From positions 13,395-77,394 of the forward strand of contig CAWHYC010000005.1 in assembly GCA_963833535.1 (NCBI GenBank): DNA of 64,000 bases. The letters run 5' to 3'. The translations under genes and the position numbers were made by a program. The notes beneath the pieces are model-generated. The model was not told where the DNA came from, made no database searches, and was given only the letters and a program-made list of their open reading frames with translations. Positions within the stretch are counted from its first letter, which is position 1, and every line of letters begins with the position of its first letter. Of the stretch, positions 44,860-53,700 are shown in pieces. This stretch comes from an uncultured Chloroflexia bacterium. Lineage in GTDB: Bacteria; Chloroflexota; Limnocylindria; Limnocylindrales; CSP1-4.

Positions 44860-47800
44860 GTGGAGCGACGCATCGTTTCGCGTGCTCTTCGCCGACCTCG
44901 TCGGCTTCACGCCACTCGCCGAACGCCTCGACGCGGAGGACGTTGCGGCCGTCCAGGACGCCTACTTCGCGGCCGCCAGAGAGACGGTCGCGCGCCACGG
45001 AGGTCAGCTCGAGAAGTTCATCGGGGACGCCGCGATGGCGGTCTTCGGGCTCGACCGCGCCCATGACGACGACGCCGAGCGGGCGGTCCGAGCAGGCCTC
45101 GCCCTCGTGGGTGCCATCGAGCGACTGGGCGCGCAGCTCGGCCTCGGTCCAGCTGAGCTCCAGCTGCGCTGTGGGTATCGAAAGCGGTGAGGTGGTCAGC
45201 GCAGAAGCCGGCCCCGACCAGGGACGCGTAACGGGAGACGTCGTCAATACCGCCGCTCGACTCCAGGCCGCCGCGCCACCGGGCGGCGTCCTGCTCGGGG
45301 AGGGCGCCATGCTGGCCTCGGCGGCGGCCGTCGAGCTCGGGCCGACGATGAGGTTGGAGCTCAAGGGGAAGGCTGAGCCGGTCCACGCGGCGCTCGCCAT
45401 CGGGCTTCGCCCCGAGCCCGCCCGCGAGGCCGCCATGGGCGCCCTGCGGTCGCCGATGGTGGGACGGGAGCGGCAGCTCGAGCGCCTCAATGCCGCCCTC
45501 CACCTGGCTTCCGAGGGAGGTTCGGCGTCGATCGTCATCGTGGCCCCTCCGGGGACTGGCAAGAGTCGCCTGCTGGTCGAGTTCCTGGCCAGCCTCCAGG
45601 AGAAGCCATGGCGCGCTCGCGCGCGCGCCGATGCCGGCGCCTCGGTCGAGCCCATCGCCGAGCTGGCGATGACAGCCACGGCCGGATCCTCGCCGCAGGC
45701 GCTGGTGACGCGGCTGGCCAAGGGTGTGGGCGAGGCTCGTGCTCGCGTCCTGGCCGAAAGCCTGGCGAGCCTCACGGGCATCGGCGCGTCCGCCACCGAG
45801 GTGACTGACCGGGACACACGGCTCGCGGCCTGGATCGAGGCGCTCGACCAGCTGGCGGTGCCGGGGCCGGCCGTTTGGGCCATCGAGGACATCCACTGGG
45901 CGAGCGGTGATGTTCTGGCCTTCCTTGCTGCGGCGGCGCGGGCGCCGGCGCAGTCAGGGCGACTCATCCTGGCCACGGCGCGGCCGTCCATCCTCGAGCG
46001 CCTGGACGGAGCGCTGGAGCGGCTCGAGCTGCATCCACTGCCGCCGCGCGACGCCGCGCGATTCGTGACGGAGCTCGTTGGTGAGGCGCTGCCACCCGGG
46101 CTGGTGGCCGCCATCGAGGAGCGCTCCGACGGCAACCCACTTTTCATCGAGGAGCTCCTTCGGTCGTGGGTCGGCGTCGGCACGCTCGAGTCGGTCGGCG
46201 GCCGCTGGCGCTTGACGCGACCGCCTGGAGCCATCGCCTTGCCGGCCACGGTGCAGGCCATCTACGCCGGCCAGCTTGACGACCTGCCGGCGCCCGTCCG
46301 CGACGTGGCGCGCAAAGCGTCGGTCGCCGGGCGGCGGTTCCCAGTGGACGCGCTCGCCAAGCTCGGCGTCGAGAGCCCCGAGGCCGGCATCGAGGGAATG
46401 ATCGCCAGGGCGCTCGTGAGCGGCCCGATCGCCGACAGCCTGACCGGCGCGAGCTACGCCTACCGGCATGCGCTCCTGCGCGACGCCGGCTACAGCAGCC
46501 TGAGCCGGGCGCATCGTGCGCGGCTCCACATCCGACTGGCGCGCTGGCTCGAATCGATCTCCGGTGACGGACGCGAGCTCCTGGCCGACCGGATCGGCGG
46601 GCACTACGAGGCCGCCCTGGCCGCGGCGCCGACGCTGGTCACGGAGGTCGACGTCGGGCTATCCCGCGCGGCAACGGCCGAGATCGCTGCGGCCTGGCTC
46701 GACCTGGCTGCCGAGCATGCTCTGTCGCTCGGCGCCCGGGACGCCGCGGTCGACCTCCTTCGTCGGAGTCTGGCCCTCACGACACCCGACGCGGGCGTCG
46801 ATGCCGGTCGCAGGATGATCCGACTTGCGACGACGCTGGCGGCCTCCGGAGACCTCGGCGAGGCGCTCCGCCTGGCCGAGCGCAGCGAGGCCATCCAACG
46901 AGCCGCCTTCCGACAAGCCGATCCGGGGTCTGACGACCGCGCCCGGGCGCGCGATGACTATGCGCGCGCCAGCGACGCGCGCGCCGACATGGAGGCCGAG
47001 CAGCTCCACTTCCTCGAGGCACGCGCCATCGCCGAGGCGACGCTGGCTGAGCTCAAGGATACGCACGACATCCCCTGGGCGCGCCTCCGCCTGCGGCGCG
47101 CACGGGCGATGGCGTTCTGGGACGACACATACGACACCGCCACGGTCGAGGATGTCCTGTCCATCGCCCGGCGGGAAGGCGATGCGGTCCTGGAGCTCGA
47201 AGCGCTCTGGAGCCTGGCCGCCTTCAGCGACGACACGGCGGCGGAGGCGATCGTGCGCCTGGCGCAGCTGGCGGATCTGGCGGCGACTCGAAGCCAATTC
47301 GGGTACGTGGCGTACGCGCGGCGGGCACAGGGCGTGTCGGTGGCGTTCGACGGCGGCGACCCGTGGCCGCTGCTCGACGAGTCGGTCGAGGTCGCCGCCG
47401 CCCACGACCTCCGGGAGCACCTGGCCTGGGCCGAGTACGTCCGCAGCGAGGTCGGGCTCATGCTCGGCGAGTGGGACATCGCGGACACGGCCGCACGACG
47501 GGCCATCGGGCTCGCCGAGACCTATGCCTACAACCGCGTCGGTGTACGGACCTGGTTCGCCCTGGCGCCCATCGCCGGGGCAAGAGGCGATCGAACGACC
47601 CTCGAGCACGCCGCCCGCTACTTCGAGGCCCATGCGGCCGACTTCCCGGACTCGCCCTATGGCCGGCTGATGCACGCTGGGCTGGACGTGCTGCTCATGC
47701 GCGCGGGCCTCATCGCCGACGCCGAGATCCCGTTCGACCACCTGCGCGTCTCGTTCGACCAGGACGTCGATGGCGCGACGTCCTCCGAGGCGGTCTGGCT

Positions 47801-48128
47801 CGTGGCCTCGCGGTGGCTCGATGCTGGCCGGTCCACGGACGTTCGCTCGGCCGTCGCGCAGATCCGTGCCGGGTTCCTGACCTTCCCGACCAGCGACCTG
47901 ATCAGGGGCGTCGTCGACGTCCTCGAGGCGCGGCTCCTCCTCGGCGCCGGCTCCGAGGCGATCGAGATGCTCCGCTCCGCGCTGGGTCTGCTGCGTGGTA
48001 TGCGCGCCACGTGGTGGACCCGACGCGCGATCCGGCTGCTCGAGGCCGCAGGCGACACGACACCCGAGGAGCTGGCGGAAGCGAAGGCCATCGAGGCCCG
48101 GCTCGGCGTCGGGGACGCCGAGATCTGA
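44860..48128 (+). pseudogene. Class III adenylate/guanylate cyclase - P-loop ATPase - TPR-like STAND protein (two frame changes)
   Basis: ERRIVS / VLFADLVGFTPLAE...KFIGDAAMAVFG / VGIESGEVV...GDVVNTAARLQ spans three frames with junctions near 44880 and 45170. Then Walker A VAPPGTGKSRLL and about 700 aa of helical repeats. I see no C-terminal HTH. Confidence 0.75.
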
Positions 48129-48143
48129 ATCGACGCTCCGACA

Positions 48144-48521
48144 TCAGGTTCCGGGATGTGGGTAGAAGGTCTTGTGAATGATGCGCCAGGCGTCGTCGAT
48201 CCGGAGCAGGGACAGATCGTCGCTGTACCACACGCTGGCGTATCGGTTGCCGAGCCTGACCAGGGCGGTATCGCCTTCGAACGAGAGGCCCTCGATGCGC
48301 CACTCGTGGGGCCCCGCCTGCGCGACCGTCTTCTTGCAGTCGCCGACGAAGTCGTCGAGAGTCGCCCAGTACAACTCGCCGCCCTCGTTGCCGACGATGC
48401 AGGCTCGGGGATGGAACGCGCGGCCGAGCTTGACCTCATCACCCGCCATCATCCCGTCGTAGTAGGCGCGGACTGTCTCGGTCACTGCCGCGATGTCCGC
48501 CTCGTTCGTCCGCTGACTCAT
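48144..48521 (-). CDS. NTF2-like (SnoaL/lumazine-binding-like) protein
   Basis: 125-aa ORF whose size and pattern (VRAYYDGMMAGD...WRIIHKTF) fit the NTF2-like fold. Confidence 0.6.
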   Translation of the reverse strand: MSQRTNEADIAAVTETVRAYYDGMMAGDEVKLGRAFHPRACIVGNEGGELYWATLDDFVGDCKKTVAQAGPHEWRIEGLSFEGDTALVRLGNRYASVWYSDDLSLLRIDDAWRIIHKTFYPHPGT

Positions 48522-48598
48522 CTCGCGCTCCCTTCTCCGCCGACTGCTGACAACGACCTTGACTGGGCATCGGGCTTAGCCGCCAGCAGCAAGTCGTC

Positions 48599-49306
48599 CT
48601 ATCTGACCCCACCGACGGCCACGACTGCCGCCAGCTCCTGTGCGCGTCGGAGGACCGCCTCCAGCATCGGTGCCGTCAACCGGCGTGTAAACACGTTCTG
48701 CTGCGATGGGTGGAATGCGCCGAGCAGCACGAACGGCCCGATGCGCACCTCGGCGCCATGGCCGAACTGCGGTCGCGGCCGCGGGATCGCGTGGCCGCTG
48801 GCGGCCAGGGCCCGCAGCGCGCCGTCCCAGCCGAAGGAGCCAAGCCCGACGATGACGCGGACGTTGTCGAGCAGCGCCAGCTCGCGGGTCAGGTACGGTA
48901 GACACCGGTCGCGCTCGGCCGTCGTGGGCTTGTTGGCCGGTGGCGCGCAGCGCACGACGGCCGTGATGCGGGCGTCGGTCAGGACCATGCCATCGTCGCG
49001 CTCACGGGCCTCCGGCTGCGACGCGAGCCCCACCGCGTGAAGGGCCGCGTACAGGAAGTTGCCTGAGCCATCGCCGGTGAACATGCGTCCCGTGCGATTG
49101 CTGCCGTGCGCCCCGGGCGCAAGGCCGATGAGCAGGATGCTGGCGCCGATGTCCCCGAAGCCCGGTACCGGCCGCGCCCAATAGTCGCGATCACGGAAGC
49201 GGGCCACCTTCTCGCGCGCCACGCGCTCGCGCCATTCGACGAGCCGCGGGCAGCGCCGGCAGGCGATGAGCTCGGCGTCCAGCGCGGCCAGGTCGGCCTC
49301 GCGCAT
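48599..49306 (-). CDS. Uracil-DNA glycosylase, family 5 (UdgB-like) with Fe-S cysteines
   Basis: 235-aa reading from MREADLAALDAELIACRRCPRL. The motif GLAPGAHGSNRTGRMFTGD is typical of UdgB-type enzymes. HPSQQN lies near the C-terminus. Confidence 0.8.
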   Translation of the reverse strand: MREADLAALDAELIACRRCPRLVEWRERVAREKVARFRDRDYWARPVPGFGDIGASILLIGLAPGAHGSNRTGRMFTGDGSGNFLYAALHAVGLASQPEARERDDGMVLTDARITAVVRCAPPANKPTTAERDRCLPYLTRELALLDNVRVIVGLGSFGWDGALRALAASGHAIPRPRPQFGHGAEVRIGPFVLLGAFHPSQQNVFTRRLTAPMLEAVLRRAQELAAVVAVGGVR

Positions 49307-49363
49307 CAGGCGATCGGCCTCGTTCGTCAGACGATCAGCCTCGAGCGTCCGACGATCGGCTGG
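49301..49363. repeat. Three imperfect tandem 21-nt units spanning the UDG start codon
   Basis: GCGCATCAGGCGATCGGCCTC / GTTCGTCAGACGATCAGCCTC / GAGCGTCCGACGATCGGCTGG, about 70% pairwise identity, with a shared core CGATC. Confidence 0.45.
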
Positions 49364-49407
49364 ATCGGACGGTGCCAGCCGGACCGGCGCACCGTCGTCG
49401 CGATCGG

Positions 49408-50904
49408 TCAGGGCAGGACGCCCTGGAGCGCATCGGAGAGGCGGCGGCGTCCGTCGCTCGACGCGCGGAAATCGTGGAGTGGCTCCGGGTCGAGCACGAC
49501 CTCGCTGATGGCGCCACGACGTCGAACGTATGCGACGGGCCGGATCAGCCCCTCGGCATCGCCTTCGAGGGTCATGGCAGCGCCGTCGGGGCCAGAGCCG
49601 TCCACGAATGCCTGGAGTGGCACGACGCCGTCGTCGAACGGACCGTCCGGCCCGACCAGGACGGCACGCGCCAGGTAGCCTTTCTGGTTCCACAGCTCGG
49701 GCGCGTCCGAGGCCTCCTCGAGGAGGCGGTCGACCACCGCTCCGGGGGCCACGGGCTCGCGCGGGAGCACCACGCCGAAGTGCCGCTCGGCCAACGCTCG
49801 GGCGAGCAGCCGCGCGTTGTACCGCGCGCCGTGGACAGCGCCGGTGCCGCCGACGCCGTTCTTCTTGATGCCCGGCGCGCCCATCGTGATGGTGCCCGCG
49901 AAGTGGAGGTTGGGCAGCGAGGCGCTCTCCCAGTACGGCGTCAGGGCCGGCAACCGGCTGGCCCCGAAGGTCGCCACGCCGAGCGCGGGCAGATCGAGCA
50001 GCGGCGCCGTGAAACCGGTGGCGGCGATGACCTCGTCGGCCTCGACGTCGAGGCTCCCGCTGCCGTCCGACGCATGCGTCCGCACGAGGAAACGGTCGCC
50101 GACGCGCTCGACGCCGTCGATGGCGGCGTCGAGGATGAAGACGCCACCGCCCATGAAGCGGTCCTCGAACGGCTGGACGTACCGAGCGCGGATGCCGGCC
50201 AGCGAGTTCGTCTGGACCGACAGCTTGGCCGGACGCGGCGAGGCGAGCACGATCCGGCTCGCCCACGAGAGGAGGCCGCTGGCCAGCTCGAAGCCGGAGT
50301 TCTGCTTGCCGATGATGAACAGCCGTCGACCGGCGTAGCTCTCCGGGGCGCGGGTCTCGACGTAGTGGGCGACATGCTCACCGCCAGGCAAGTCGGGCGT
50401 GAAGGCCTCGGCCACACCGACCGCGAAGACGACGTGACGGCTGCGGTACTCCCCGTCGCTCGTCTCGAGGACGAAGTCCTCCCCCTCGGCGCGGGTGGCC
50501 TGCCAGCGGACGCCGTATCGGATGGGCAGCGCGGTCCGGCGAACGAATTCGGCGAGCGAGGCCTCCATCTCGGGCCGGGAGGGGAACTCCGAAGACCCGT
50601 CCATCACCTCCGCCTGGATGGCCCGATGGGCAGGCTCCTCGCCGATCAGGCTGTTCCAGTCGTAGCGCTCGTAGGCACGCGTCCCGCGTGGCACCGGTGC
50701 ATAGGGCTTGGTCCACGACAGGAGGCGCTGGAAGAAGGGAAAGCGGAGGAACATGCCGCCGGGCCGGTCGTCGGCGGTGAGCACGGCGTGCTCGACCCCC
50801 AGGCGCCGCAGCGAGTAGCTGACCTGGAGTGCCCCGGGGCCGCTGCCGACGACGACCAGCTGGTAGTCGCCGGGCGGGAAGGGCCGCTCGGCTACCGGCT
50901 CCAT
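49408..50904 (-). CDS. FAD/NAD(P)-dependent oxidoreductase (flavin monooxygenase-like)
   Basis: 498-aa ORF with two dinucleotide-binding motifs (VVVGSGPGAL and FIIGKQNSGFELA). Its ATG lies 13 nt inside the upstream cNMP-binding gene. Confidence 0.7.
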   Translation of the reverse strand: MEPVAERPFPPGDYQLVVVGSGPGALQVSYSLRRLGVEHAVLTADDRPGGMFLRFPFFQRLLSWTKPYAPVPRGTRAYERYDWNSLIGEEPAHRAIQAEVMDGSSEFPSRPEMEASLAEFVRRTALPIRYGVRWQATRAEGEDFVLETSDGEYRSRHVVFAVGVAEAFTPDLPGGEHVAHYVETRAPESYAGRRLFIIGKQNSGFELASGLLSWASRIVLASPRPAKLSVQTNSLAGIRARYVQPFEDRFMGGGVFILDAAIDGVERVGDRFLVRTHASDGSGSLDVEADEVIAATGFTAPLLDLPALGVATFGASRLPALTPYWESASLPNLHFAGTITMGAPGIKKNGVGGTGAVHGARYNARLLARALAERHFGVVLPREPVAPGAVVDRLLEEASDAPELWNQKGYLARAVLVGPDGPFDDGVVPLQAFVDGSGPDGAAMTLEGDAEGLIRPVAYVRRRGAISEVVLDPEPLHDFRASSDGRRRLSDALQGVLP

Positions 50905-51314
50905 CGGTTCGCGCTCCGCAACCGGCGCGTCTGCTCCTGGAGCATGCGGTACATGACGTCGGGATGTCGCATCAGGAACTCGCGGAAGGCCGGTCCAGCG
51001 AGGTTGACGACGCGCACGCGGCCGGCGGCCACGACGTCGGCGCCTGGTGGTTCGCCGAGCAGGATGGCGCCCTCGCCGAAGAAGGCGCCGCGATGCAGGC
51101 GGGCTCGTTCCTCACCACCGATGCGCACGGCGACCTCACCCTCGAGCACGACATAGAAGCCCGTGCCGCTGAAGCCCTCGCGCAGGATGCGCTGGCCGTC
51201 GGCATACCACTCCTCGTCGAGGGTGTGCGCGACCGAGACCAGCTCCGGTCGAGGCAGGTCCGCGAACAGGGCCAGGCCCGCCAGCTCGTCGATGAGGGCC
51301 TCGGTATCGGTCAT
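50892..51314 (-). CDS. Cyclic-nucleotide-binding domain protein (stand-alone)
   Basis: 140-aa ORF. GFYVVLEGEVAV...FFGEGAILLGEPPGADVVA fits the CAP_ED fold. There is no DNA-binding domain. Confidence 0.8.
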   Translation of the reverse strand: MTDTEALIDELAGLALFADLPRPELVSVAHTLDEEWYADGQRILREGFSGTGFYVVLEGEVAVRIGGEERARLHRGAFFGEGAILLGEPPGADVVAAGRVRVVNLAGPAFREFLMRHPDVMYRMLQEQTRRLRSANRWSR

Positions 51315-51335
51315 CGCCGCTCTCCCTCGAGACGT

Positions 51336-51764
51336 TCAATGGTGGAGGTGATCGCTCAGCGAGCGGACCCGGAGCGCCAGGGCGCGCAACAGCGCGTGCG
51401 ACAGATCGCGGTCGGTATCGACCCGTCGGAAGAGGTCCCATGAGGCCAGCGCCAGGCAGGTGGTGGGACCGATCGCGAAGGCGCTCGCCGACCTCGGCTC
51501 ACGGTCGATGACGGACAGCTCGCCGAGGTAGTCGCCTGGGCCGAGCAGCGTCAGGTCAGCGCCGCCCTGGCTGATGCGCACAGCGCCGCTGACGATGATG
51601 AACAGCCCGGTGCCCACCTGGCCCTGGATGACCAGCGCGTCGCCGTCGCCGAACTCCGCCTCGTTGGCGGCCTCGGCGAGCGGCAGGAGCGAGGCGCGAT
51701 CGAGGCCCTCGAAGAGCGCTACCCGACCCAGGATGTCGGCCTTCTCATCGGCGGTCATGGGCAT
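51336..51764 (-). CDS. Cyclic-nucleotide-binding domain protein (stand-alone)
   Basis: 142-aa reading from MPMTADEKADILGRVALFEGL. GLFIIVSGAVRI...GDYLGELSVIDREPRSASA fits CAP_ED. No HTH. Confidence 0.8.
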   Translation of the reverse strand: MPMTADEKADILGRVALFEGLDRASLLPLAEAANEAEFGDGDALVIQGQVGTGLFIIVSGAVRISQGGADLTLLGPGDYLGELSVIDREPRSASAFAIGPTTCLALASWDLFRRVDTDRDLSHALLRALALRVRSLSDHLHH

Positions 51765-51771
51765 GCTCGCC

Positions 51772-51777
51772 ACGATA
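51772..51777 (-). promoter_or_regulatory. -10 box (TATCGT) of a leaderless gene
   Basis: On the minus strand: TATCGT, then 7 nt, then ATG 51764. Confidence 0.35.
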
Positions 51778-51802
51778 CCGCGTTGGCGGTCCATAGGGCG
51801 CG

Positions 51803-52135
51803 CTAATCGCCACCGTGCCCGCCGGGGCGGATCTCGAACGTCGGCGGCACGCCGACAGCCGGCCCACGGGTCGCCTGCACCTCGCGCACGGTGGCACCTG
51901 GCGGACCGTGCTGGAGTGCCTCGAGGAAGCCATCGAGGTTCGCGGGCGGACCTTCTGCCACGATGTGCACGGCGCCATCGGCCCCGTTGCGGACCCAGCC
52001 AGACAGGCTGCGCCGCCACGCCTCGCGGGCCACGTAGACGCGGAAGCCGACCCCCTGGACGCGCCCACGCACCGTCGCTTCGAGCCGCTCGTCTGCCCGG
52101 TCGTTCGTGGCCGCCGATCCCGATGTGACCATCAT
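51803..52135 (-). CDS. acyP: Acylphosphatase
   Basis: 110-aa ORF with the signature VRGRVQGVGFRVY and WVRNGADGAVHIVAEG. Its start overlaps the holB stop (TGATG). Confidence 0.8.
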   Translation of the reverse strand: MMVTSGSAATNDRADERLEATVRGRVQGVGFRVYVAREAWRRSLSGWVRNGADGAVHIVAEGPPANLDGFLEALQHGPPGATVREVQATRGPAVGVPPTFEIRPGGHGGD

Positions 52136-53341
52136 CAGGCGGCCAGCCGAGCCCGGGGCCAGGCGAGGAGCAGGACGTCGACGACCAGGTCGGGATTGGC
52201 ATAGGCTTCGATGGCTGCGGCCAGGCCATCGAGCCGCGCCAGGAACGCGGCGACCTCGTCGATCGAGGTGCCGACCGCGACCCGCTCATAGTCCTCGAGG
52301 AGGGCGAGGTCCCGCACCAGGCCTGTACCACCGGCCAGCACCACCAGCAGATCCCGGGCCGTGTCGCGCCAGATCTCGATGAGCGCGAGTGAGGCGGCGC
52401 GGCGGACCGCCGGCGCGGCTCGCGTGCGACCATCGGCCGAGGCAGGACTCGGTGCGCCGCTGACGGCGGTGATCGCGTCGTCACTCGGGACATCGCGCCC
52501 GCTGGCTGGCGTTGCGACGGCGTCGCGGACATCGGCCAACGCCGCCATACCATCCGCCTCCAGCGCCCCATCGCGCCGTTCGACGACCTCGGCGAACGCT
52601 GCCGCGTCGGCCAGCAATGCCGGGCCGGCGGCCAGGCGCTGGCGCCGGCCGGCCTCGGTCAGGTCGAGCAGCGATCGCGCCAGCCGCGCGCGATGCACGA
52701 GCACGTCGGGCGAGGCCGCCAGCGCCAACGCCAGCCCAGGCCGGCCGTCGGCGAGGCGGGCGATGCCAGCCGAGGTCGATGTGTCGGCCGCGCCGCGCTC
52801 GACCAGCAGGTCGGCGATCGTCGCTGCCGCGACCGCCCCGCAACGTATCCGTGCACAGCGGCTGCGGACGGTGTCGAGCAGGAGCGTCTCGTCGTCCGGC
52901 GCAGAGGATCAGCACCGCACCGGCGGGCGGCTCCTCGAGCGTCTTGAGCAAGGCGTTCTGTGCATCCGGGTTGAGTCGCTCGGCCGCCACCACGATGGCC
53001 ACCCGGAAGCGGCCTTCGAGGGGGAGAAGAGCGAGGTCGACGATGAGCTGCCGCGCTTGGTCGATGCGGATCTGCCCCCCGGCACCGGCCGGTGCGACAC
53101 GGTGCAGGTCGGGATGGTTGCCGTGCTCGACCTTGCGACAAGCCGTACACGACCGACAGGGCCGGTCGGCGGGATCCTCGGCCAGGCACAACAGCCCAGC
53201 CGCCAGGTCGAACGCGAGCGTCGTCTTGCCGACGCGCTCAGGCCCGGCGATGAGGATGGCGTTCGGGGGGCGTTCCGAAACGACCGCCCGGGCGACGATG
53301 TCGAGGGCGGCCGGCTGACCACGGATCCGGAAGCCGGCCAC
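52135..53341 (-). pseudogene. holB: DNA polymerase III delta-prime subunit, one frame change
   Basis: The N-terminal AAA+ part (ILIAGPERVGKTTLA, CRSCTACRKV, NALLKTLEEPP) is in ORF 52481..53341. The continuation DDETLLLDTVRSRCARI... through to the stop is in the frame of ORF 52135..52728. A single extra base lies near 52897. Confidence 0.8.
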
Positions 53342-53346
53342 CGGAC

Positions 53347-53700
53347 TCAGGCCTCCGTGGTGGCCTTAGGTGTGCTCGTGCGACGCTTCGGCTTGGCCCC
53401 GACGTCGGCCGCCGCCGTGGCATCGCTGACCGACGCAGCGGGGGCGTCGGTCGCGGCCGCCTTGCGTGCGGGCGCTCGACGCTTGGGCTTGGCCTCGGCA
53501 CCGGCGGGACCCTCGGCGACCGACGCATCGCTCGTGGCGTCGGTCCCGGCCACCTTGCGCGCTGGCGCGCGACGCTTGGGCTTGGCCTCGGCCTCGGAGG
53601 TGGCGGCGACCGTAGTCACCGCCTCGGCCGTGGCGGTCGCCGCAGCCGGGCGTCGGGTCGACGCACGGGACTTCGGCTTGGCGTCAGCACCGGCGGTCGC
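53347..53700 (-). repeat. Coding tandem repeats (~93-bp period) encoding AKPK(R/S)R units
   Basis: CGACGCTT(C/G)GGCTTGGCC recurs near 53381, 53477 and 53570, with a diverged copy (GGGACTTCGGCTTGGCG) near 53660. Four AKPK(R/S)R peptide units are encoded. Confidence 0.5.

Noticed and set aside
52890-52900. Programmed ribosomal frameshifting in holB (and in other split genes).
   Set aside because: No slippery heptamer or downstream pseudoknot is present. Programmed frameshifting is known for dnaX, not holB. Similar single-base events are scattered through unrelated genes, which points to sequence error.
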